In this document: positions 49,134 through 58,910 of the stretch, piece after piece | Layout: each line of letters opens with the position of its first letter | Numbering within the stretch: the stretch's first letter is position 1 | Source: Escherichia phage ES17 | Length of the DNA: 64,000 nt | Sequence record: NC_070984.1 | Reading direction: 5' to 3' (one strand) | Position numbers and translations under genes: made by a program | The notes under the pieces: model-generated | The model's database searches: none | Seen by the model: only the letters and a program-made list of their open reading frames with translations | Told to the model about the DNA's origin: nothing

Positions 49134-49691
49134 TTACATTTTCCAATATAATGAAGGTGGGTCGTAAGGGTCAAATCCCGTGAGTTCACACAAGAAAAGA
49201 TAAACCTTAACAGTTAAGTTAACGTCCTGTTCACAATAAGTAAACATATCTTCAGTGAAAGCATCCCATGCTTCCTCTTGCTCACCATAATCGCCCTTAA
49301 GTTCTCCTAAGAACTCACCCCACTGCTTCAAACCATGACCCCTTGGGCCACGTCTAGGGTCGCCTTTCGGATACTCAGGACTGTCACCAATACGGTCAGG
49401 TTTAAGATATCGACTAAGACATAAAGTGTCGAAGACGTTAAAACGATAGTTAATCAGATTGGGATACATCTTCTTCAGAGCACAAAGGTCGAAGTCAATA
49501 ATATTGTGACCCACCAGTACATCTGCTTCTGTAAGTTTACGAATCCCATCTTCAATTTGGTGAGGCCGATAGCCCCACCTTTCACCAGTTTCAACATCGA
49601 AGATATAAATACACCATACTTTAGTTATGTCATCGTACAGTGCATTACTCTCGATATCGAATGCAAACACTTTCTTCTTTTTCTTTACCAC
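49134..49691 (-). CDS. DnaQ-like 3'-5' exonuclease, stand-alone proofreading domain
   Basis: Exo I FAFDIES, Exo [11 protein letters not shown], Exo III YCEQDV; encoded about 10 kb upstream of the polymerase domain gene. Confidence 0.8.
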   Translation of the reverse strand: MVKKKKKVFAFDIESNALYDDITKVWCIYIFDVETGERWGYRPHQIEDGIRKLTEADVLVGHNIIDFDLCALKKMYPNLINYRFNVFDTLCLSRYLKPDRIGDSPEYPKGDPRRGPRGHGLKQWGEFLGELKGDYGEQEEAWDAFTEDMFTYCEQDVNLTVKVYLFLCELTGFDPYDPPSLYWKM

Positions 49692-51475
49692 GGTGAAGCT
49701 CCATCTGCTTGGTTGACGAGAGAAGCTGCATCCTCTCCGTTAGTTAAAACGAATGGATTATCTTCATCAACTTCAAAGTCTTCCCTTTCTACAAGTCTCC
49801 CGGTTTCACTGATATACTTAGTATAGCAGACACCTGTCTGACCGTAGTTACGTTCTTTCAGTAATCGAATGACTGAGAGGTTCTTAGCTAAGCCATCAGC
49901 TTGCTTGTCACGCTCAAAGCCAATGATACACTGACACCAACGCATAAGAGAACGAGAGCCAGTGAACTGCACTTCACGTACCTGTCCACCTTCTTCATGA
50001 GGAGCACCACCTGCCGGAGCATTAAGGTGAGATAGCACGAAAGCGGTAAAGTCTAATTCTTTGCACATACCAGCAAGCTCGGAAGCAATCTTACTGATTT
50101 CAGTGTTAATCTCTGAAGGTGTTAAATGGGACACCAGAGCGGTAATGTTATCAAGGATGATGAACTTACACTGGTTTTCAACTACCCAGAAACGGATACA
50201 CTGTTTAATGTCTTCCCATTCATTCTGTCCGAAGTTGTCATACAAGAAGAATTTGTCTGCATAACGAAGTGCTTCATTACGCAAATCCTCCTCATCATAT
50301 TCAACATCAGGTCGGTGGAAAGGAATTGATGCCGACTTACCAGCAATGTTCTTAACAGACATGCCTACCTTCTCTTCCAAGAAGAAGCCACCTCCATTAA
50401 AACCATGTTCTAAGCACAGATGAGCAACCAGCTCATGAGCAATGAGTGTTTTACCACTCCCTACTCCACCACCAATTGCTACCACCTCTCCCCATCGAAT
50501 ACCGAAGGTCATCTCATTCAGAGTCTTCCACGGATATGGGATACCCCACTCCGCTTTCTTCAGAGCATCATCAAGGCAATCAAAGATTGTTACAGCACCA
50601 GCAGGAGATTCCCGCTTTGCTGAGTACTTGAGAATGTTGAATAACTCTTGACCACGACCAGACAGAAGCATGTCATTCGCATCCTTAATCTCTTTCTCCA
50701 CACCGTTGTATGGGAAAGTTCCTTTAGGAATACGAGCAAACTTAACATGAGGGAATAAAGAACGACCTTTTGTTAAAGCTATCTCACCTGCATCATCGTT
50801 GTCCATGCAGAGCACAACCTCCTCAAAACCATTTACGAAGTCTCGATTACGAGACAACACAGAAGAGATTGAACCTGCACCGAACGGTAAAGAAACACAT
50901 GCTGGTTTGATGTTTGTTGCATTTGTAAAAGCTGTAAGGACATGGAAACCTGACATACAGGATAGCGGGTCTTCAAAAATGAACAGCTTCTTGTTGTACA
51001 CATCTCCACGTTGAGCTTGTGCCATACCAAACAAATCTGCTTCTTTCACACTGCCGACGTAATAGAACTTCTTACTATCTAGCAGCTTAACCTCATAACC
51101 AACGATGTTTCCATCACGTTCACGAGGAAAGAAGTAGCTGTCTGGTGTCTGACCATCAGTTTGACTGAGACCAATACGACACTCAAACCGCTCTGATACA
51201 GCTTTAGGGATTAAACGGCGAGTGAGTTCACCCTGAGGAAGCTCTAAGCAATCATCTAAGACTTCTCTCAACTCTTCAGGGGATAACTCTTTCTTCTCGT
51301 TTGGAGTAGGTGTAGTGCCCTTTTCGAACACTTCGTAATTCCCACAACGGTTACAACTTCCCCACTCCTCACCAGTCTCTTCGTTACGGAAGAGAATCAT
51401 GTGGTTGTGGGTTTTATCACGACCATGAGAGATACATTCCTTACAACCTGTGTCTCCCAAAATGATCTTTGACAT
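49685..51475 (-). CDS. DNA primase-helicase (T7 gp4-like)
   Basis: N-terminal Cys4 zinc ribbon CKECISHG...CNRCGNY; TOPRIM DxD ([12 protein letters not shown]); DnaB-family Walker [10 protein letters not shown]. Confidence 0.85.
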   Translation of the reverse strand: MSKIILGDTGCKECISHGRDKTHNHMILFRNEETGEEWGSCNRCGNYEVFEKGTTPTPNEKKELSPEELREVLDDCLELPQGELTRRLIPKAVSERFECRIGLSQTDGQTPDSYFFPRERDGNIVGYEVKLLDSKKFYYVGSVKEADLFGMAQAQRGDVYNKKLFIFEDPLSCMSGFHVLTAFTNATNIKPACVSLPFGAGSISSVLSRNRDFVNGFEEVVLCMDNDDAGEIALTKGRSLFPHVKFARIPKGTFPYNGVEKEIKDANDMLLSGRGQELFNILKYSAKRESPAGAVTIFDCLDDALKKAEWGIPYPWKTLNEMTFGIRWGEVVAIGGGVGSGKTLIAHELVAHLCLEHGFNGGGFFLEEKVGMSVKNIAGKSASIPFHRPDVEYDEEDLRNEALRYADKFFLYDNFGQNEWEDIKQCIRFWVVENQCKFIILDNITALVSHLTPSEINTEISKIASELAGMCKELDFTAFVLSHLNAPAGGAPHEEGGQVREVQFTGSRSLMRWCQCIIGFERDKQADGLAKNLSVIRLLKERNYGQTGVCYTKYISETGRLVEREDFEVDEDNPFVLTNGEDAASLVNQADGASPW

Positions 51476-51501
51476 GCTCTTCCTCCTTGGAATCCTTGAG
51501 C

Positions 51502-51705
51502 TTAGTAGAACGAACGAATTTCATCCCACACTTGTTCCTGTTCTTTCCTATAAAAAGAAAGTTGGGTCTTGAACATCTCCACTGATGATTCAAAGTTTTT
51601 GGTTTGTGCAGCTTCAACGAAACGTTCATGTCGGTTGATTTTGCACCGTAGCATTAAATACTTGGCTTCAAGTCTCCGAAGAGCCTGCCTTTTCTCAAGA
51701 TTCAC
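51502..51705 (-). CDS. Hypothetical protein (67 aa)
   Basis: Basic helical ORF between GGACT-like gene and primase-helicase. Confidence 0.35.
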   Translation of the reverse strand: MNLEKRQALRRLEAKYLMLRCKINRHERFVEAAQTKNFESSVEMFKTQLSFYRKEQEQVWDEIRSFY

Positions 51706-52114
51706 TTTTCAGATACTCTGACCAGTCGCCAGATTCAACCAGAATATCTTGTTCTTCGTCGATATGATAAATCCAAGCGATAACAGTTTCACCTGAGTCC
51801 ATCTTAACAGCAATCTGAGTACGCTGATAGAAGCTGTCTTCAGGGCTACGTTTGTTGTAACCTTCCAGACGGTCATACGGACCTTCCAGACCTGCTTTGT
51901 CAGTAGCAAACACTTCTACACGAACAGGCTTATTGTTATTGCTGTGTGCGAGAGAGATGCTCGGGAAGTAGGAACCACCGTAACGGAACAGATCGAAGTT
52001 GTCTTCAGTCCAACCTTCACCAATTGACTTAGCACCAGCTCGGTCATTAACTAAATAGTTAGCTTGACCACGACGAAGAGAACCATAAGTTGCTACGTAA
52101 ATTACTTCTGACAT
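51695..52114 (-). CDS. Gamma-glutamyl cyclotransferase-like protein (AIG2/GGACT fold)
   Basis: YVATYGSLRRGQANY (YGSL motif), LDRLEGY, VIAWIYHI characteristic of AIG2/GGACT family. Confidence 0.65.
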   Translation of the reverse strand: MSEVIYVATYGSLRRGQANYLVNDRAGAKSIGEGWTEDNFDLFRYGGSYFPSISLAHSNNNKPVRVEVFATDKAGLEGPYDRLEGYNKRSPEDSFYQRTQIAVKMDSGETVIAWIYHIDEEQDILVESGDWSEYLKSES

Positions 52115-52183
52115 TATCTATACCTTTGTTGGTTTGTTTAGTTTATCCGAACTAGCCTCATCTTTCGAAGAGGCTAAAGCAGA

Positions 52184-52369
52184 TTACTCTGTAATAAAGA
52201 TTTTGATTACACCGCAGATTGCTGCACTTTCAAACACTGCAACAGCTTCACTTCCTTGAAAGAAGGCCACTTTGCCATCAGAGAAGTTAAACATGTCAGC
52301 ATCGAGGTCCATTGCTCGCATCTCACCAGCTGCATTGGTATCTTTAAACAGAACTTTATACTTATTCAC
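52184..52369 (-). CDS. Hypothetical protein (61 aa)
   Basis: ORF within amide-ligase operon. Confidence 0.35.
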   Translation of the reverse strand: MNKYKVLFKDTNAAGEMRAMDLDADMFNFSDGKVAFFQGSEAVAVFESAAICGVIKIFITE

Positions 52370-52614
52370 AGATATGTTACTCCCTTGTCTTGTTGTGCTT
52401 CAGTGATGATACGCTCTACACATTCCATAGAGTACTTATCACCACGTTTTAGGAAAGTTACAATTGCAGAGAATTGATTACCAATCATTCGCTGATTAGT
52501 AATACCCAACTCCTCACACAATTTACGCAACTCTTTACGAGAGCCTACAATAAGAGGCTCTTTTTGTTCCATCATTCCATTTTGTACTAGATCTTCCAAT
52601 GAAAACATATCCAT
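52366..52614 (-). CDS. Hypothetical protein (82 aa)
   Basis: ORF within amide-ligase operon; overlaps neighbours by 4 nt. Confidence 0.4.
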   Translation of the reverse strand: MDMFSLEDLVQNGMMEQKEPLIVGSRKELRKLCEELGITNQRMIGNQFSAIVTFLKRGDKYSMECVERIITEAQQDKGVTYL

Positions 52615-52620
52615 ATATCC

Positions 52621-53823
52621 TTAGTAGTTTACAACAGTGCCATCATTCAGGGTAAGGTTATTAATCTGCAACACACGACCAAGCTGACGATCACTAATTG
52701 GTGCGTTCCATCCAGAGCGGTAGAAGTTACGACCACAGAAGAACAAGATCACATTACTTGCTACAGTTGAACCATTTTCAGGATGCTTGATGTTAGCGAT
52801 ATAATAACCACGACGCAGATTACGACGGGTTACAGGGTTGATCTCTAACCCTTGCTCTTCAACCTGCATTATTTCAGGGACAGGCTCCGAAGACTCTTCA
52901 ACAACTGGCTCGGAGCTTTCCGCTGATAGTGCGTAATCCTCATCACCTGCTGGTGAAAATGTTTCTTCCACTTCTTCCACGGGAAGTTCGTATGCAACAC
53001 GGTAGTCAGGCTCAACACCAGAGAAGCTCTTAACAAACTCAACGATGTTGTGAGTGTAGGTTTCCAGAGTTGTGCCAGTCAGGCCCGGAGCTGTATTAAC
53101 TTCCAGAACCCAAGCGTTAGTACCTTTGCTAATCAGGTCAACAGCACCGAAGTTCAAACCCAGAGCAGATACAGCTTTGTGAGCTTGAATCAGAACTTGA
53201 TCAGGAGGCGCTTCAGTGAAGGAGTTAGAATAAACCCAACCAGTATGATGGTTACGAATATCTTCACGATAGCTTTCCAGTTCACGATAACCATTACGAC
53301 GAATCTTCTTCTGAACGTAAGTGATAACACCTTCGAACACATGAACACGCCATTCACGACGTGGGCCTTGGATGCCTTTGGTGTACAGAGGAGCATCCGC
53401 AACACCTTCTCGCGGAAGACGAACAGTGATCCCCTCACCAGAGTGACCAGTCAAGGTTGCACGTTCATAAACAATTTCATTCCGGTTCCAGTTCTGAGCT
53501 ACTTCACGATCTACGGTGTATTCAACAGTTTTGACTTCAGCTAAACGCAGTGCGTTAAATGCTGCAACTTTGTTAGCGGCTCGGTTCAAGGCAACCACAG
53601 AGTTCAATACAGTTGCACCGCCAAAGAAAGAATCATTATATCGACGGTTTCCGTAGTTGACAACAATATCACCAACTCGAGAACGATAACGAGAACCCTC
53701 TGATACCAGAGACATTACGTTAGCATTTAGTCGAAGTTCCTGAATCTTAGTGTTAATTGCAGAAGTAAGTTCACGAACTGAATCAGAAGGGCCATAAGGA
53801 AGAACACGGATACGAGTAGTCAT
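52621..53823 (-). CDS. ATP-grasp ligase (RimK/glutathione-synthetase-like) with C-terminal extension
   Basis: 400 aa; ATP-grasp patterns EWRVHVFEGVITYVQKK, GLNFGAVDLISKGTNAWVLEVNTAPGL; C-terminal about 110 aa unknown. Confidence 0.65.
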   Translation of the reverse strand: MTTRIRVLPYGPSDSVRELTSAINTKIQELRLNANVMSLVSEGSRYRSRVGDIVVNYGNRRYNDSFFGGATVLNSVVALNRAANKVAAFNALRLAEVKTVEYTVDREVAQNWNRNEIVYERATLTGHSGEGITVRLPREGVADAPLYTKGIQGPRREWRVHVFEGVITYVQKKIRRNGYRELESYREDIRNHHTGWVYSNSFTEAPPDQVLIQAHKAVSALGLNFGAVDLISKGTNAWVLEVNTAPGLTGTTLETYTHNIVEFVKSFSGVEPDYRVAYELPVEEVEETFSPAGDEDYALSAESSEPVVEESSEPVPEIMQVEEQGLEINPVTRRNLRRGYYIANIKHPENGSTVASNVILFFCGRNFYRSGWNAPISDRQLGRVLQINNLTLNDGTVVNY

Positions 53824-53825
53824 TG

Positions 53826-54050
53826 TTAGATACCTTTAAGTTTAAGAATTTCGTTACGAGTTTTTTGAATCTGAGCTTCAATTTCGAAGTAGTCATTGAA
53901 CGCATCGTTCTCTACTTCATCGGATGGTGCATCAATCAGACCGAAAGCGAACGGATACAGCTTTCGCTGCTCCGTTACCAATTCGATATGAACTCCTATG
54001 TAATACTGTAGGAGAGTAATCTTCGGTTTCTTAGGAACCAGATTTGACAT
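53826..54050 (-). CDS. Hypothetical protein (74 aa)
   Basis: ORF within amide-ligase operon. Confidence 0.35.
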   Translation of the reverse strand: MSNLVPKKPKITLLQYYIGVHIELVTEQRKLYPFAFGLIDAPSDEVENDAFNDYFEIEAQIQKTRNEILKLKGI

Positions 54051-54264
54051 GAGGTTCTACCTTAATGCCTTTGATTTTTACATAATCAGCAAGCACGTTG
54101 TTGATCACCGTTGGGAAAGGAACCTCAACCTGTGTTTCAAGTACTTGACCAATACCAGCTTGCATCCACTTCTGGATTGCACGAAGGTTATCACATCCTG
54201 TGCTCGTCATCGGGATACGTCGAGTAGTTACAACGTTATCCAGCATCATCTTACGAATTTCCAT
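54031..54264 (-). CDS. Hypothetical protein (77 aa)
   Basis: ORF within amide-ligase operon. Confidence 0.35.
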   Translation of the reverse strand: MEIRKMMLDNVVTTRRIPMTSTGCDNLRAIQKWMQAGIGQVLETQVEVPFPTVINNVLADYVKIKGIKVEPHVKSGS

Positions 54265-54266
54265 AC

Positions 54267-56297
54267 TTAACCTCTATTCAATGAACATTTAGGAGAATTA
54301 CAATAAACTTGATTCATAGAACCAAGCGTACAACTTTCAGCATCGCGCCACGGAATCTGCTTAAAACACTCTGAGCAGTATCCGAGGGTTGACCACATTG
54401 CTTTGGTGAAGTCAGTGCTTCGGTTTCCGTCGAAGCTGACGACAGTTTTGCGGAGAGCTGTTCGTGATTCAGGAAACACACCTGCTTTCTCAGCAGGTTC
54501 CTCCTTTTTTGGCTTAGTTGAGATTGCAAAAATACTGTTGCTACGTTTCTCAACATAAGCATCAACAACATCCTCCAGAGTGATGCCTGTCTGTTTCGCT
54601 GAGGAAGGTAATACAGTCATACGACCGATCATATCTTCAGTTACACGTAAAGCGAATTCAGGACGACGGGCGTTTGTTGTATCTGTTGCTTTAATCCAGA
54701 CATAACCATCTTTGATCGTAGCATTAGACACTTTCTTCTTTACTTCTACAGCGCAGACTTTACAGATATCTTCACCACGAAGACGACTAAGTTCATCATC
54801 GAACTCATTCTCTGTTTTAACTTCACCGCAGATTTCACAAACACCAATAGGAGTTTCCTCCTCTTCTTCCTCTTTAGGTTTAGTCAAACCTTCCAGACAT
54901 TCAGGATGCCAATAGCACTGATATGCGAAGACTGCTTTAGGTGCATCCTTCCAATCAATGTGCTTATCACAACCACCACAATCACCATGAGAGTGCGCTT
55001 CCCAGAATTTACGAGTGATAGTAACACCATTCTTGTTGACGAAACTATCATTCATATCAAAAGGGATATCATCATCGAAGTCAGCAGTAGTTGACTCAGG
55101 CTCCTTTTTCTCCAGAGATGGGTCAACAAAACGACCTGCTGTGATCACTAAACGGACCATAGCATTGACTTCGGAGATGCAGGATACTGTCCCACGGTAA
55201 ACAATTTTAGGGTCTTTCAGGGCATCCTGATAAGCCTTAATGTCTACGTTATGAACATCACCTTCGATATACTCTTGAGATTTCTCATCGTAGATATAAC
55301 CAATCATCTTACCACGAGAAGGAACAGCACCGGCAGTTGCATAAGGAACAAACTCATGCGGAGTGATTTCCACAGTCATATCGCGGCGAATATCAATGTT
55401 TCGATCGCTTGCGATTTTGTTTTGACTTACCACTGCGTTTCTTCGACGAACGTCTGCCGCTGTCACACCCGGCTTCGTGTCGTAAGGATTGCTTGTACTG
55501 CTTTTTGAGGAACTTTGATAGTTGCTTTGGCTGTAATTGTTCGAGTAGTAATTGCCCCAACGATTGACTACCGTAAAAACCGGAAGCTCGTGGGCGACCT
55601 CTTCAACCAGTGTCATGCTGTTATTAGACATGTCAAAGATATACTCTGTACCAACTTTACACTCAAAATGCTCATCAATACGGTTCTTGTGAGACTTCGA
55701 ACGCTTCAGAATCCACATCAGCATATCTTCTTCAGAAGCGCCAAACCAATCTCTGTTACAACGTGCGAGATGGAAAGGACGCTCTTCGTTACGAATGATA
55801 TGAAGGCGGTTATCAGAAGCATCATGCCAGATTAAGGTGAAAGCACCATCCAGCTTTTGAATAGTCTCTGCTGCACCAATAGTGTTAATAGAGTGGCAGA
55901 TGTTCTCACTATCTACCTCGAAGTTTTTACTGTCAGGTAACAGGTCTTGGTCCATCAAGGTTCCATTATGAACCAGAGTGATGTTACCATGTTGGAAAGG
56001 ATGGGCGTTCTTGGCGTTAACTGCACCTTTCGTTGCATGACGGCTGTGACCAACAATCCATGAAGGTGCTACAGTGTAAGCTGTTTCACCAGTGGTGTGC
56101 TTCTTGTACTCATCTTGTAGGATGAATGCGAAAGAAGGAAGAGCTTCTTTATAAGTGAAGACTTCCTTAGTACTTTTACGCTGACCAAAGATACCGGAGG
56201 AATGTTGTCCTCGGAATACTCCAGCATAAAAGAGTTGGTTAAATACGTCTAAATCAGTGCTTGACAGATTACCGCCAGCTAATACGATGCCACAAAT
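54267..56297 (-). CDS. Class-II (Ntn) glutamine amidotransferase domain protein with Cys-rich zinc-ribbon C-terminal region; probable ATT start codon
   Basis: Reading frame is open from stop at 56301..56303; N-terminus (ATT)CGIVLAGG...FRGQHSSGIFGQRK matches Ntn GATase N-terminal Cys nucleophile; SD AGGTGG 7 nt upstream of ATT at 56295..56297; no ATG/GTG/TTG in frame before 55958; three CxxC clusters in C-terminal half. Confidence 0.6.
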   Translation of the reverse strand: MCGIVLAGGNLSSTDLDVFNQLFYAGVFRGQHSSGIFGQRKSTKEVFTYKEALPSFAFILQDEYKKHTTGETAYTVAPSWIVGHSRHATKGAVNAKNAHPFQHGNITLVHNGTLMDQDLLPDSKNFEVDSENICHSINTIGAAETIQKLDGAFTLIWHDASDNRLHIIRNEERPFHLARCNRDWFGASEEDMLMWILKRSKSHKNRIDEHFECKVGTEYIFDMSNNSMTLVEEVAHELPVFTVVNRWGNYYSNNYSQSNYQSSSKSSTSNPYDTKPGVTAADVRRRNAVVSQNKIASDRNIDIRRDMTVEITPHEFVPYATAGAVPSRGKMIGYIYDEKSQEYIEGDVHNVDIKAYQDALKDPKIVYRGTVSCISEVNAMVRLVITAGRFVDPSLEKKEPESTTADFDDDIPFDMNDSFVNKNGVTITRKFWEAHSHGDCGGCDKHIDWKDAPKAVFAYQCYWHPECLEGLTKPKEEEEEETPIGVCEICGEVKTENEFDDELSRLRGEDICKVCAVEVKKKVSNATIKDGYVWIKATDTTNARRPEFALRVTEDMIGRMTVLPSSAKQTGITLEDVVDAYVEKRSNSIFAISTKPKKEEPAEKAGVFPESRTALRKTVVSFDGNRSTDFTKAMWSTLGYCSECFKQIPWRDAESCTLGSMNQVYCNSPKCSLNRG

Positions 56298-56376
56298 TTT
56301 CTAATCCACCTGAAGGGTAAACCCTTTCATCTAATTAACCTTTAAATTGTGCCCCTTTATCAGAGGCACCCATTGA

Positions 56377-57480
56377 TTACAGCGCTTGCTCTAACTGATT
56401 TTCCAGATGGTCTGGAATGTACCCTGTGATATTGCTATCACTGTGACCTGACTCACGTAGTAAGTCAAAAATAGCACGGATACGCTGTTCTGGAGCGTGT
56501 CTTACTTGAGATAGGTCTGCTGTACGAAGCATAACCAAAATCTCTTGGTACAAGTTGTTAGCGTTCCCTCGGACATACCCAAGGAAGCCATAGAAGTCTG
56601 ACATAAGACGTAAGTCAACAAGAGCCTCTCCGTTGGAGTTGGTTCGACGTAAACGAATACGACCAGACTGTTCTACTTCATGAGAACGGCAATACAAAAC
56701 ATCACGGGCCATACAATATCCTGAATGCAAATCAGATTCATCCAGATTGTAATCCAGAGGAAGGTAAGGAAGCATTGGGGCAAATCGTACAGTATTTAAG
56801 TGCTCAATAAACTGATCATTGCTCATATCTGCGTTATCTAAAGCCAGCTTCTTCAACATCAAGAAGCGGTTAACCAGATTGAGAAGTTGACCACGTTTCC
56901 ACTTAGGCTCACTGATACGGAACTCAATTGAACCGTATTGGGCAAGTGGCAGAAGGTTCAGAGATGTATATTTATCCCATGAACGAACCAGACGGTTGAA
57001 GAATTCTTCACCATCGTAGTTAAATGCGTCAGAGGCATTCATTACCTGTGCTTGTACCACTGCAAACGCAGGGCAGAAATTGCTACGGTAACGATGGTAG
57101 CCTGAACACTTGAACAGCATCTTTTCATAGAAGGTCCAAGCAAGGATGGTCTTCTTGAGGATATTACTATCAGCATCCCTCATATCCATATGAACGTGAG
57201 TAGAGCAACGCCAAGTCCCCTCGGCGTGCGATTCAGCTACTGCTTCACTCAGGTTGTTGATAGCGTCTAACAACTCCTGTCCGTTGTAAGGTCGTGAACA
57301 TACCATTTCACAACCGTTACGCAGGGAACCATCCTCTGTGCAATCCCACATATCTGCTTCGATATGTTCAGAACCTTCGAGTTCAAGTTCAATACCGACA
57401 CCGCACTGAAGTGCAATTGAACTATGCGCCTCAGTTAAACGACCTTCTCGATATCCAAAAGTTTGCGCTACAGTTGTCAT
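56377..57480 (-). CDS. Glutamine-synthetase-fold amidoligase (COOH-NH2 ligase family)
   Basis: 367 aa; LQCGVGIELELEG (ExE metal-binding strand), DGSLRNGCEMV, STHVHMD (HxH). Confidence 0.6.
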   Translation of the reverse strand: MTTVAQTFGYREGRLTEAHSSIALQCGVGIELELEGSEHIEADMWDCTEDGSLRNGCEMVCSRPYNGQELLDAINNLSEAVAESHAEGTWRCSTHVHMDMRDADSNILKKTILAWTFYEKMLFKCSGYHRYRSNFCPAFAVVQAQVMNASDAFNYDGEEFFNRLVRSWDKYTSLNLLPLAQYGSIEFRISEPKWKRGQLLNLVNRFLMLKKLALDNADMSNDQFIEHLNTVRFAPMLPYLPLDYNLDESDLHSGYCMARDVLYCRSHEVEQSGRIRLRRTNSNGEALVDLRLMSDFYGFLGYVRGNANNLYQEILVMLRTADLSQVRHAPEQRIRAIFDLLRESGHSDSNITGYIPDHLENQLEQAL

Positions 57481-58094
57481 AACGAATCCACCAACGTAAT
57501 ATTATAATTGCTAAGGTTTTCAGAGATGTGATGAAAATGCTCCAGAAGTCGCATCGGTTGTTGACCATAAGAGTCACGAGGTGCTTCCAGATCTACCTGA
57601 CCTACCAGTGCACCTTTATAATGCACTTTACCATCTGTAGGATTGATGTAAATATAACGAGTAACCAATCCATCAAATTCAGGATTGAACAGACTGTAAA
57701 CCATTTCACCAGAGATCGAACGACCAATTCCAGGAGCGTTTCGAATCTTGTTACCCATCAAACCCTTCGCTCTCTGACGAACAGGGTTGATATGAGTCCA
57801 GCTTACAGTGTTACCGTTATGGAACAGATAACCAACATCAGGTGATTCAAGAATCAAGGTTGGGTCGAACACTGGAATATTCATCGTAGTGTTTCGGAGA
57901 TTCCCATGCTCGTTCTTGTACCACTGCTCTACAACAAAATACAGAGCCTGTTCTGCTTCATGCGAGAAGTCATCGCTGCGGAAGTTACCGCTCTGCTCAA
58001 CACCAATCACAAAACACGGAAGGTTGATATTGCCTGCTCGTTTAGCAATCCATGTACCATTATAGTAATGAGAAAAATCAGCTACTAAGCTCAC
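57477..58094 (-). CDS. Hypothetical protein (205 aa) within amide-ligase operon
   Basis: ATGA overlap with upstream amidoligase gene. Confidence 0.45.
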   Translation of the reverse strand: MSLVADFSHYYNGTWIAKRAGNINLPCFVIGVEQSGNFRSDDFSHEAEQALYFVVEQWYKNEHGNLRNTTMNIPVFDPTLILESPDVGYLFHNGNTVSWTHINPVRQRAKGLMGNKIRNAPGIGRSISGEMVYSLFNPEFDGLVTRYIYINPTDGKVHYKGALVGQVDLEAPRDSYGQQPMRLLEHFHHISENLSNYNITLVDSL

Positions 58095-58103
58095 GATAAC
58101 CTC

Positions 58104-58910
58104 TTATGCTACCTGAAGGAGTTTGATCTGCTGGTCAGCTTCTTTAACGTTGTTCCCGTTAATGATTTCATGAAGCTTCTCAATCGGAAGGCGAGAGTGC
58201 AATGCCATCAGGGTGGACATATCACACTGCTGAACAACCTTGTCAACCTGATCGTAAACAAACTTACGGTTTTCACGATCACTAATCCAGAAGTTAGACA
58301 GAGAACGGTATTCAATACCATAGTCTTTATAACGGATTGCAGATGCTTTACCGTAGAGTTCTTTACGGCGAGTATCTTTGTCCATAATTACTGCTGGGAG
58401 AGACAGGAAGTAGTCACACAACACACCCAGCATCATCTGAGTTTGCAGAGTGATATCCAAAGCACCAACTACGCCAAGATGTACGTGACCACCGGCAGTA
58501 CGAAGTCCCTTATTCTGAGAAGTCGGGGATGGGTTTTTCTGACCAGTGAAGGCGTTGAAATCAGGAGTGCACCCGAAGATGAACGCTGATTCATTAAAGG
58601 TCTTCATTTCTTCTTCGGTGAAGATGTGAGAGCTAACACCCGGAGCTGTTTCCATGTCCAGTTTGTTCAGGACATTATTGGTAAGATCGATACCACGTTG
58701 CATGTTATCGTTAAACGCTTCAAAACCGCTCTGTGGGTCGATATCAAACTCAGCCAGTACGTTGTCCTCTTGAAGACGAACATCTTTAGCCAGAGTGATC
58801 TTATCGTCCTTAGAACAGCCTAATAGACCAGCTACAGAGGTGATGATACCATTACTGGTACGAACGAACATTTCAGGGTCAGAGCCGATAAGGAATTTGC
58901 GCTTAGTCAT
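58104..58910 (-). CDS. Second amidoligase-like protein (GS-fold, putative)
   Basis: 268 aa; FLIGSDPEMFV and GGHVHLGV resemble strand-Glu and HxH motifs of the amidoligase family; weaker than 56377..57480. Confidence 0.4.
   Translation of the reverse strand: MTKRKFLIGSDPEMFVRTSNGIITSVAGLLGCSKDDKITLAKDVRLQEDNVLAEFDIDPQSGFEAFNDNMQRGIDLTNNVLNKLDMETAPGVSSHIFTEEEMKTFNESAFIFGCTPDFNAFTGQKNPSPTSQNKGLRTAGGHVHLGVVGALDITLQTQMMLGVLCDYFLSLPAVIMDKDTRRKELYGKASAIRYKDYGIEYRSLSNFWISDRENRKFVYDQVDKVVQQCDMSTLMALHSRLPIEKLHEIINGNNVKEADQQIKLLQVA

Noticed and set aside
37124-49691. Group I intron or intein interrupting the DNA polymerase gene
   Set aside because: The exo and pol ORFs are about 10 kb apart, each with its own SD and start, separated by many independent genes; no intein motifs seen in the polymerase ORF.
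54267-55958. ORF-track start (TTG at 55958) for the amidotransferase gene
   Set aside because: That start would remove the N-terminal Cys nucleophile and about 112 codons of in-frame open sequence with clear Ntn amidotransferase similarity; replaced by the ATT-initiated model 54267..56297.
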